From: Haliotis rufescens
Taxonomy: Eukaryota
NCBI RefSeq assembly: GCF_023055435.1
Contig: NW_025963779.1
Location: 61,070,001 to 61,134,000 of the forward strand
Direction: 5' to 3'
Length of the DNA stretch: 64,000 nucleotides
This document shows, piece by piece, positions 39,227 to 51,947 of the stretch (the first letter of the stretch is position 1; each line of letters begins with the position of its first letter). The notes under the pieces were generated by a model. That model was not told the origin of the DNA. It saw only the letters and a list, made by a program, of their open reading frames with translations, and made no database searches. Made by a program: the position numbers and the translations under genes.

Positions 39227-42200
39227 TGTTGTGACTGAAGCTGTTTCTCTGAGCGTGCACTACAGATGATGCGAAGCTCCTGTTTGACGTACTGTGACGT
39301 TGAGTTGGACACTGCTTGGTTTAGGTCCCCCGACATGACAGGCTTTTTTCTGGAAGTAACCAACCTACATCAACACCTTTGATGGGCTTATCCACTTTGC
39401 AGCAATATAGTACAAAGATCAACAGCAAGGTCACAAGAGCATCCTTGGAACAAACAGTAGGTTTTTGAGTGAGTGAGTATGGTTTTTCACCACTTTCAGC
39501 AATATTCCAGCAATATCACAGCGGGGGACACCAGAAAATGGGCTTCACACACTGTAACCATGTGGGGAATCGAACCTGGGTCTTCATCATGATGAGCCAA
39601 TGCCTTAACCACTAGGGTACCCCACTGCCCCGTAGTTTTTTTGAGGGAATGACAATTGTTTTCAGGGCAACAAAAGCGGGTATCTTTGTTCAGAAGGATT
39701 GGCATTTAGATGGCTGCAAAACTAAAACACTCAAGACTGTTCTGATCTGTCAGGAAAATATGTGGGCACTTCAAGTGTCCACAAACGATACATTAATCCC
39801 GGAAATCCATGAAAATGTCAAGTTAAGGATTCAAAGGATATGTGCCTTTTGTTCACTGATGCCACTTAAAAACAGTATTTCTGTCTCAGCATGGTGTTTC
39901 AGCATCACCTTTCCAAATTAACAAATAAACTTTCTAGTTGGGACAGCAAGAACCTGACGGTATGAATAATCTACAGCTATGTGTTTCTGAAACTCAGTTG
40001 ATTATTTTATCGTTTATGTCCTACTTTTACTACAGTGACTTCTGATAATACGAATGGAGTGTCTCGATTGGACAGATGCAACACTATAAATAGACTTCAC
40101 AGCTGTTGATATACAAGATGTGTTCAAAGCAGATGGTGTCAGGCTAAACAATTACCCTTACCCTTTACCGGTCTGTAACAAAATTAGTCCTTGTGATTTT
40201 CTTTTGCATATTATTCATATGATTTAAGGCAGAAATCATATTTTAACTTTTTAGTTGCAAATTCCGAAACATTCAGGACAGTTGGCAGCTATGTTATTGT
40301 ATCAGGAAAACCTAAAGTGATGCAGGTAATCGATGCTTACCACTTTGGTAATAGTCAGAAGCACTGGTATGGTGCTGACTGGGTAAACTCACTATTATCG
40401 TTTCTGGCATGACTGAGGGATACAACTGCACAGCAAATTTAGATAATCGCAGTTTTCAGTTTTTCGGGCTACCAATCCCATTTAACTCTATTTTTCACAG
40501 GGGGCCGTCGGGTAACCTAGTGGTTAAAGCGTTCGCTCGTCAAACCGAAGACCTGGGTTCGATTCCCGACATGGGTACAATGTGTGAAGCCCATTTTTGT
40601 GGTGTCCCCCTGCTGTGATATTGCTGGAATATTGCTAAAAGCAGTGTAAAACCATACTCACTCACTCACTATTTTTCACACACATATTCTGCTGGTCTGC
40701 AGTGATCTTACCCGTCTGGCCCTGTTTCCAGGAACTGCATGTCAAAAGGCTGTTGAAAAGACTGCTGGGAAGGAATGCCCTGAGAAGAAGAAGGCAGCGA
40801 TTGGTTGAAACTGGATGTGGCAGTGGACATAGGCGACGGGCCTGAAAAACTGGGCGGGGCGGACAGAGGCTGGGACGCAAAAGCAGCCGACAGCTGGGAC
40901 TGGTTGAAGCCAGTTCCTGGGCTCACCTGCAGAGAGAAGTAGCAGCGTGTTGTAACAGAAGGTAAATAGAAAATTATAACATTCTTAAAATAACACAAGT
41001 CTTCAACATATCCAAGTTTTCATTCATAAAATTTAGGAACTAAGTCTTAATACAGGACAAACGTGAAGTTTCCCACCTTGCACATGCACAAGAGCAATGG
41101 GCAGCAGGACACTGTTGTCTGCACAACTGATTATGGATAGTTGACAGTGAAGAAGACATCCGTTGCAAATCTAAAGATTTTAATAGTGTGACTACAGCCA
41201 AAACACAGGATTTATGGCAGTGACATTGTTGGGACATTCTCAGGAATTCAATACATCACAATGTGCCAAATGATTTGCAGTTTTTTTTGTTTTCATATGC
41301 ACTGCACATACGTGGAATGTTATGCAATAGTTCATTGAGCAAACAGGCATTTCACCGATGAGTGCAGCCTATAAAGAGTAAGGAAGAGAATTTATGGATG
41401 TCAACTTCTCTATTATGAGGAACACGTTTCGGAGTATATGCTTACTCCTTCACCAGGTTAAAGGAGTTCCTGCTAGGTGGCCTTATTTGTTTTCATTGTT
41501 TGTTGTTTAACGCCATACTCAGCAGTATGCCAGCTACATGTAAAGGTCTGTAAATAATCAAGTCTGGACCAGACAATCCAGTGACTGACATCACGAGCAT
41601 TGATCCACGCAACTTGGTTACGATGACATGCATCAACCAAGTCAGCGAGCCTGACCACCCGATCCCATTAGTTGCCTCTTACAACAAGCACTGTTGCCTT
41701 TTACAGCAAGCATGAAGACCTATTCTGACCCGTATCTTCATGGGTCAACAGTCACTATATGGCTGAAATATTGCCGATGTGACTTTAAATCTTAACTCAC
41801 TCACTCATTGGTCAACATATTTGCATATTTATCAGATCGTAATACCTAATTCATTGGATGGTTTATGAATTTGATTAAGCTATGCATTATATGATAAAAC
41901 ATATTCAACCTCGTGTCCATTTACAGTTGATGAGGAACCATTTACTATAAATCCTGATATTAGTTATTTGTATAAAGCCGCATTCAACAATATTCCCGCT
42001 AGATGACGACAGTCTGTAAATAATCGAGTATAGAATCTGGAATGGAGAGATAATAAGCATCGTTCTATGCAATTGGGAGAGGATATAGGATGCGAGTCTG
42101 ACCACCCAATCCCGCTTGTTGGTTCTTACTGAAATTAGTCGGGTTGCTGAATTTTAACCAATTCTAAACATAAGGAAGAGAATATATGGATGTCAACTTC

Positions 42201-45200
42201 TTTTTATGACGAACACAATGTTTCAGAGTATATGCTTACTCCTTCATCAGGAACTCCGAAACGTTGTGTTCCTCATAAAAGGAAGTTGACATCCATATAT
42301 TCTCTTCCTTATGTGTATCACTTCTAAATGCCTTTCAAAGACCCAATTCTAACGAGATCTCCACAGAGGAGTGAAGGATACAACGTACCTGTGTTCCCGG
42401 CTGCTGAGACTGGCGAGAGTTGGGGGAGATGGAGTGGGGGGACATCAACATGGGGTCAGGGCTGCTGCCATACGGGCTGTGAGGTGTGCGGGGAGATCCA
42501 CGCCCTGCAACCAACACATCATGTAGCTTACGTCATCAAACCACACATGAACAATTCAATGGAACACAACATAATGCTGCAATAACACATATTTTAACTA
42601 TTATTCCGTGCACAAGGTTAGAGAGACAAAGCAACAAGGGGTGAGGTGTGCGGGGAGATCCACGCCCTGCAACCAACACCTCATGTAGCTTACGTCATCA
42701 AACCACACATGAACAATTTAATGGAACACAACATAATGCTGCAATAACACATATTTTAACGATTATTCCGTGCACAATGTAAGAGAGACAAAGCAACAAG
42801 GGGTGAATATTTCTCATATTTTACACTGGAGTGTGAATGTTGCCTGGCAGAGCCTTTGGAACTATGGATGCAAGCTAGAACAAGCAGATCAATGAGTGTG
42901 AGACCTAGTAGGTGTTATCAGTGTCTAACTGTTGTCATGGAAACAGACTTGCTAAATGTTCATACTTGTTCTTGGTGAAATCTACTGAGTACAACTGGTA
43001 TCTACTGTCTTATTTGATGCAATATGAAACAGAGGACGATCACAAAGTAACAAACAAAAATTATGTTACAAATGTAAATAAGTCTGTTAGTCACCAAGGA
43101 AAATGTTGAACGTATAGTCAAAAATATTGTAACAAATTTGATTCCAAGGGTAGACATGGTAAAATGTCATGAATTACCGTATAGGGGTACTAAAAAAATG
43201 GAAAACACACCAGCTGTTCACTTGTCTTGGCCCAAATACACAAGCTGTCCTGGTATTACGACTACCATAAGTCTATGCAAATGTATGGGAGTTATGACCA
43301 TCTTAGCACTGCAGCTATTAAAAGTCTATGTTAAATTATGGAAGGTAAGACCATCTTTAGCTCTAAGTCTATGTTAAAGTATGGAAGGTAAGACCATCTT
43401 TAGCTCTAAGTCCATGTTAAAGTATGGAAGGTAAGACCATCTTTAGCTCTAAGTCTATGTTAAAGTATGGAAGCTAAGAAAGTATAAATATCTTTGGAAG
43501 TGATCCAGAACATAAGTGTAACCCAACACAATAACTAACCCATATGACAATATATTTTCAACATAACCAAATAATGTATAACTGCAAAATGTATCTTGTA
43601 TGTAAATTGGTTACATCCTTTCAACATAACATGACCAGTATTTGCATCTTTAGTGTAAACTTAAACTGGCAATATGTTTTCAACATAGCATGACTACTGA
43701 ATGTGTCTTGTATGTTAACTTCAATTGGAGATATTTTTTTAACATATTAACATGACTACCACAGAGAACTCTTATGTAAAATTTTCAACCCTCCCCCCCT
43801 CCGTTTCCTAAAAACTATATCCACCAATGTTGTCAAAATGGCTGACAGGATACAATGACATCCATACAATCAGGTCACATTTGTAAATGCCTGAACATCA
43901 TTGTCGTTGTAACAAGCATGGACTACAAGCGACTTTTTCTGCCTCAGAGTGCTACTATATGTACTAACTGGGGGTGAATATTGGTAATGACACTATTTCA
44001 CAGGAAAGATGCACTATACCCAAACCATGGAATGTGTCAGTATCTATCAAGGTTCCTCAAAACAACAACAAAAACACATTAAACTATTTGAAAACTATGC
44101 AAATACGAAGGGATAATTTTAAAAAGAACAAAGATAATAAATATAAAATATCATGTTGATATTCAAATGAAGATAGTCAAACAATTTCAAATCTTTGACA
44201 ACTGTCACTAACAGAAAAGAGAAGGGTAAATTCAACATCCGCCAAAATAAACATGAAATCGTTAACATATTTACCATAATATCCAATACCAATGTAACGA
44301 TACCAAACTGAAAACAAGTTTCACCACACAATCAGGGAGGAATGAAACTATATTCAGATTTTGAATGAGTCGTGGGAATCTGCAAAGTAGTCAGCAATAA
44401 CTCATCTATGCAACCTGTCATGTGTGGACATGACGTACCAGTAGTTGGAGCAAAGGGTGCTGTCACACATTGGCCAACATGATATAGCTATATTACAGTG
44501 GCCAGACAAGCCAGTGGTTCTAGCAAAGGGTGCTGTCACACATCGGTCTACATGATCTAGCTATATAACAGTGGCCAGAGAAGCCAGTGGTTCTAGCAAA
44601 GGGTGCTGTCACACATCGGTCTACATGATCTAGCTATATAACAGTGGCCAGACAAGCCAGTGGTTCTAGCAAAGGGTGCTGTCACACATCGGTCTACATG
44701 ATCTAGCTATATAACAGTGGCCAGACAAGCCAGTGGTTCTAGCAAAGGGTGCTGTGACACATCGGTCTACATGATCTAGCTATATAACAGTGGCCAGACA
44801 AGCCAGTGGTTCTAGCAAAGGGTGCTGTCACACATTGGTCTACATGATCTAGCTATATAACAGTGGCCAGACAAGCCAGTGGTTCTAGCAAAGGGTGCTG
44901 TGACACATTGGTCTACATGATCTAGCTATATAACAGTGGCCAGACAAGCCAGTGGTTCTAGCAAAGGGTGCTGTCACACATTGGTCTACATGATCTAGCT
45001 ATATAACAGTGGCCAGACAAGCCAGTGGTTCTAGCAAAGGGTGCTGTCACACATCGGTCTACATGATCTACCTATATAACAGCGGCCAGACAAGCCAGTG
45101 GTTCTAGCAAAGGGTGCTGTGACACATCAGTCAACATGATCTAGCTATATAACAGTGGCCAGACAAGCCAGTGGTTCTAGCAAAGGGTGCTGTCACACAT

Positions 45201-48200
45201 CGGTCTACATGATCTAGCTATATAACAGTGGCCAGACAAGCCAGTGGTTCTAGCAAAGGGTGCTGTCACACATCGGTCTACATGATCTAGCTATATAACA
45301 GTGGCCAGACAAGCCAGTGGTTCTAGCAAAGGGTGCTGTGACACATCGGTCTACATGATCTAGCTATATAACAGTGGCCAGACAAGCCAGTGGTTCTAGC
45401 AAAGGGTGCTGTCACACATTGGTCTACATGATCTAGCTATATAACAGTGGCCAGACAAGCCAGTGGTTCTAGCAAAGGGTGCTGTCACACATCGGTCTAC
45501 ATGATCTAGCTATATAACAGTGGCCAGACAAGCCAGTGGTTCTAGCAAAGGGTGCTGTCACACATCGGTCTACATGATCTAGCTATATAACAGTGGCCAG
45601 ACAAGCCAGTAGTTGGAGAAAAGGGTGCTGTCACACATGAATCTATCTATATTGCAGTGGCCTGTACATAACTGAGTCTTGGCCAGAAGTGGTTGGAACA
45701 ATGGGTGGTGTGACACATCACCGCTGGCTTTTGAAACTGCCAGTCCCAGTAAACTGGCAACTCGCAAAATTACCAGTCCCCTCCATTTTTTGTCAGTCCC
45801 AACTTCGAAGAAATATAAACATGTATGAAATTGACCTGCTTGTACTTTTCTCAACATCATGTTCAACATTTCACTTTGATTCAACAGTAAGTTTCCAAAT
45901 AAATTTCCTTGCACAAAAACAGACAACAGGAAACTCTGATGATAACAGACAAGCTGACTTCATTCCAACAATATAGTTTATTGATTATTGACTTTTTGTT
46001 CAAGAAAACAAAGATATATAAGGTAACTTTATTTGCCTGTCCACAGGGACTGGCAGTCACATGACGTACCGGCCCAAGCCTAATTTTAGCTGTAAAATGC
46101 TGGTAATTACCGATAAACGGGTACCTTCACAGCTGAGTGTGGGCCAGACAAACCAGTGATTAGCAACATCCGAAGCCGGGACATATTGACACACTCATCA
46201 GAGCATGACCCAATCAAACTTTGTCAACTCTTAAGATGAGGAACAGAGTGCAGAGGACCTTTCATAATTCAGCTCCACACACCACCGGGCATTACATTCT
46301 AAATGACATCCTCCACGGTTTAACATGGCCTACTTACTATCTAATATAACAAAAGGGAAAGTGATGGCAAGCAGTTTCTCTCCAGACATATCAAGGACTA
46401 GCATGACCTCAGACACCTAGATGGAATGAACACACTGATATCACACTAAATATTAATCATCTTTCAATTGAGAAACAAAGATGACATTTGTGTTGATCTT
46501 GAATTGTTACAGATTACATTACATCACACCAGGAACTGGAATTAAAATCAAACACCTTTCAAAATTATGAAATGACATTACCTCTGGCACAAGGCATTGT
46601 AAAGTGTGTATCTACAATGTTGCAGCACCCAGCTCCAGGGAGAGTGTCGAACAACAGCAAGTTATGTTATGGTGACGCCCGGGAATGAGGTTAAAAGTTC
46701 AGCCATGACCTGATGAGGCAGGGCCATAGTGTTACCTAACAAGCTGAGATAATATGCCCCACAATATCCACCAGCTGATCAATAACAGCACATACAGGCT
46801 CACTGCAACCAGTGGCTGGTCTGTTTGTGGAGGGAAGGGGAGAAATCATCAATGCATGAACATTGTCTAATGACACTTCAGTGATGCTGTAACCAGTTTT
46901 TAGCTGTTAAAATGAGCCAAACAAGTGACAGTCAGCTTCAAAATAGAAGTTCCCCCAGTCCTTGTCTTAACAGCAGGTTTTCAGGACTAACAGGATCTCA
47001 CTGTCCGAGTGTCTTTGTGGATGAAATAAATGACACGTCTTGAACACCATGCATAAGTATGTTGGGTCTTATCCTCCCCAACAGTTTGCCTGCCATTTCA
47101 CAGCAGAGGACATCAACTTACAACTATTCACCATGCTGGGCTCTGAACCTGGGCCTCATGTTAAACAAGTGAACACCAGGACCACAAGACCACAAACTTT
47201 CTTATTGCCTGTACAGTGGTAATAATTTGCTTCACAATATTGTCAACATCAGTATGGATAAAGTCAAGCCAATGACCTTGAGGCTCAAGTTAGATTAACA
47301 CTTGATAACGTGCACAATTGTACACCGAGGTGAACAATGCACATACTGGAGTGTTCATCTATCTGGAAGCTCAAGGTCAAGTTTAGTAACCATTTTACAC
47401 ACTGGCAGAGAAGCAACTTCTCTGCCTAACCCTTCATCTGTTTGAATATCTATGCATGTGCACATGAACACCTGGTGATTCAGATACAAACACCTATGAC
47501 CAACAATACTGACCAACAATAGAGCGAGTGTGTAGAGTTGTTATTTACAGCAGCCTGATGTACTAAACAATATCTCACCTGGTGGCAAACTCATCTGTCT
47601 CTGCATGAGTCTATTCTGAGCAAACATTTGTTGAGGTCCTCCCTGCTGCTGTTGTGCTGCCCCCTGCTGGCCACCTCCCGGGAACATACCGAGTTGTCCC
47701 CCCTGCTGGCCAGCTGGGAATTGATTCTCCGGGAACTGGAACCGAGGTGAACTCTGACCTCCTGGACTCGGCATGTTTCCAGAGAGAGATCTGTGACGTT
47801 GGAGGGCTGGGAACTGGGATCCCTGGCATCAACAAACACATGGTTAGTTCACTGTTCCCCATATGTTTGTTTGTTGTTTGATTAACACCACTGTCAGCAA
47901 TATCCCAGCTACATGACGGTGGTCTGTACATAATCCAAGTCTGGACCAGACAATCCAGTGAATGACATCATGAGCATTGATCCACGCAATCTGGATACGA
48001 TGACATGTATCAACCATGTCACCGGGTCTGACCACCCATCCCATTTGTCGCCTCTTAAGACAAGTATGGGTTGCTGAAGATCAATTCTAACCTGGATCTT
48101 CAAGGGGATTTTCCAATGAATGATATTGTAAGAATTTGAACAGAGATCTATGGCCATGCAGTGTTTCGCATTTGTCCTTGGTTCAGATTAATATTAGGGA

Positions 48201-51200
48201 AACACTAACTCCACAGTGAAATGATTATCATCGGCTAGGGCATCTGATCAAGTGGACACTGAACTTTGACAAATTGTCGTAGTCTGGGGCATGTTTTCCT
48301 GATTGAAAAGTGGGTGACCGTGGATCAAATATTTCAATGTTTTTGTTGTCTTGATCAGTGATGAAATGCAACATTGTGGAAGTATTACTCATGCAGGTTG
48401 TGTGTGAGCATCCATTCATCCTATAAGTCGTTGTTCTCGCAATAATTCTATAGCTCAGACAGATATTTAAATGTCTTGGTTTGGGTACACAGAAAAGATA
48501 GACTTGCATGTGTTCAATACCTGTTTTCATGGATCCCCCTTAAAGCGACATCGAACTCGGACAGTCGACATTGCTAAAGTCTATACTTATTTATTATACA
48601 AGGAGAACCATGCATATTCAAAATATCAAACTATGTTAGCTACAATACCATTAGGAGGTTCCAACAAACGGAGACATCTGATTGGCTAAGATATGGGGAA
48701 TACAACTTCTGGGTAATTCCCATTCTATTTTCAGTAACTCAAGTCAATACTGCAAATAAACAGACCTGACTTGGGAGACAATATGTGTTTCTGTCAAATG
48801 ACACGCGAGGCGACACTTTTTTATACTTGCGTTACAGATTTGCCGACTATAAATTAAGTTGAAATGGGAAAAACCTGATAGCCAATAACCTGATAGCATA
48901 TTGCACAAAAATAAATCCTAAACAAGGACCCACTATTAATGATTTTGCATCAATGTTTGATAAAGAAACGAACAAGATTTTCGTGTAGTAATGTAAAGGA
49001 AAAGAATTGTGGTGGATAAAACTAAACACATCTGAATTACATTTTGTTTCTTTCTTTTCTTTTCAAGGTAATTTCCAGTAAATAAGTCCAAAAGGCAAGC
49101 ATGGCGTGACTGCTTATATACACTGACTATCAACTAGACCATAAGGAAAGCCAACCTGTCCCAGTCCTCCCTGCAATGCACTGGACTGCTGTGGGTGAAG
49201 GCTCCACTGCTGCTGTTGTCCGAAGTGGGGGGACAGTTGGGAGGGTGGCGTTGAAGGAGGCATCATGGGACTTACTGGTTGGTTCCCCGCCGGCATGCTG
49301 CCAGGGTTGTACCGGGGCGACATGGGTCCTGGCATGGCCTGGCCCCGCTGCAAGACAATAACCCATGCATGAATACTCCACACCATCTAGACACAACACA
49401 TCTTCCGGAACTTCATCACAAGTTTCAACACAAACTTAAAATAAACACCAACTTGAAAGAAAACATTAACAACAACCTGAATAGTGACAGATCTTCGATG
49501 TTCAAGTCGTAGTCATTTTTGGTTCACAATATATATGAATATGTACAGATATTTCAAGTTCACCTGGGCTGGCAATACTGCACATGTTAACTGACGTGAC
49601 TGGACTAACCGTAGCTGACCTACTAAAGGCGAGCGTCTAGGATCACATACCTGCACAGGTAAGGTAACATTTGGGGCGTGGCCTGAGTTCATTAGCTCAC
49701 CAAGGTTTTCAGGGAAGTGGCCATCTACTCCCATATTTCCCTACGGAAACAAAACGGTCGGAGTGTCACATAGTGTTTGAGAATTACAAATGTCTGTGGA
49801 GTAACAGTCGGAAGAACTACCCCATGCAAAGCTCACACAAAGTGAAACTGTCAGAAATCAAAGCCTACTTGGTTTGAACATAAAGCATGATTTTGTTTCA
49901 TTTTGAACGAAATGAATTCCAGAGTATCTACAAAGCTTGAGGTGGCCGGGCTTGTCATATGTTCCTTCAGATCATGATGTACACTACACCAGGTGAATTT
50001 GAAACTAAAGGTAAACATACACATCCACAAACTATCACCAACACCACAAACAAAGCCATTCCTGGGCCACATATGAGGGAAACGGGCAAGCACACAATAA
50101 AAGATGGGCAGCATACAATAGCCATGAAGTCACGGACAGAAAGGTTTACATGTCTACATTTTCTTTAACACTACTTTGGAAATTAAGAACTGTAACTGAA
50201 TATAAAAACACATCTATGTTCAACTTTACGCTGTGATCTTACAAAACATCAATGGGACAGGATCTATTTTTAATGAGAGTTTTTAGAATCTTCAGATTAC
50301 AAGATTAGACTCTGTCCGAGCAGTCACACTAAGCTGAACCTACCTGCGGGAACTGCCCAAACTTCTGCTGCTGCTGATGTTGCAACGCGATTAGTCGCTG
50401 TTGCTGTAACAGCCGCTGTCGTTCCTGTGCCTGCCGAAGTCGCTGTTTCTCCATCTGCTTCAGCTTCTGCTGTTGCAACAGCGTTTGGCGGACCTGTATG
50501 GCTGTTGACGTCTGGTTTATGCCCCGGAACATAGGGCGCTGTGGGGACTGGCCTTGCAAGGCACTGGCAAGTGGACTTATTGGAGCTGCACAGTGGAGAA
50601 TGGTGTCAGTGAAATACTCTACAATCTGATTAGATCTCCTACAAATATTACAATATACTGCATAAATGCTGCAATTATTTCTCAAACACCTTTGTTTTAT
50701 GAACTCATGCATTAGTTGTTTTTTTATTTCTATTTTGTAAATGTCAAGTAAAATAATGCAATGTTTATTTGTAGATTTTCTTGAAATTCAAGCCCATTTG
50801 ATATACATAAACTTTGTCACTTCAGGATCTGTCTGATTCTGGGACTGTGAAGGCCTTGGTGAAAATATTATCATGTCAATGCTAAGAATAATAGTTTGTA
50901 TTTTTATACTGAGTGCAACCCCCAGCCTTCTCATCTGAGCATAAGATCATGTATTATTCATAATAATGTCCAGGTAGCAATTCCTATAAGTCAAACACTT
51001 CACAGGGGTTTGATTTCTGAGTTTATCAGCCTTGGAAATTCATGCTAGTCCACGACTACTAAATTGTGCTGAGGACAAGCAAAAATCCAGTGATGGTAGT
51101 CCTCATTGACTAGTACTAGTAGCATTTGAGGGGTATAACTCTGAACCAGTTCTCAATGCTTCAATTTTGCTCCAAATTGGAACTGATTAAAACTGACAAA

Positions 51201-51913
51201 AAATGTAAACATAGTGAACATTTTTTTCTCATTCAAGCAGGACTAGCTACAAACTCTGAGGACTAGTGCAATAAGGTTTATACTAGTCCTATGGGATCAT
51301 CTGGTGTAATACTGGTGTAATACTTCAGTCATAGCAGTGAGTGAGTGAGGTTTTACGCCGCTTTTAGCAATATTCCAGCAATATCACGGCAGGGGACACC
51401 ACAAATGGGCTTCACACATTGTACCCATGTCGGGAATCAAACCCGGGTCTTCGGCGTGAGGAGCAAACGCTTTAACCACTAGGCTACCCGATCGCCCCTT
51501 CAGTCATAGCAAACGAGAGGACAGTTGCTAAGATGACTGTCATTCCCATACTTTAATATAGGCTTAAGATAGTCGTAGCACTATGGTCCCTTTGTGGAAC
51601 GGGGCCCTGATCAGGGAAATCTGTTTTGAAGCCACAACCCAAGGATCCTAGCACTAAAGGACATAGCCATGCAACAGCTACATCATCACTGAACATGGAA
51701 GTAAAGGTGTCTGACTTTTGCCATGAGGAGCAAATACACTTTCCTATGTTACCTCAATTTGACATGCTAAGAAGTGACTTCAAGGACGTAAGAAGGGAGG
51801 AAGAAGAGAGAGAGCTCTCACCTTGAGGCTGAGGGAAACGTGGCCCCATCTGCCCTGGCATGGATTGGGCCATTGCTCCTTGGGGCTGAAGTGGCTGCAT
51901 TTGCTGTTGTTGC

Positions 51914-51947
<34 letters not shown>

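Noticed and set aside
44438-45660. CRISPR-like array
   Set aside because: Whole 73-bp units repeat with no unique spacers, no cas genes, and the array lies in a eukaryotic intron
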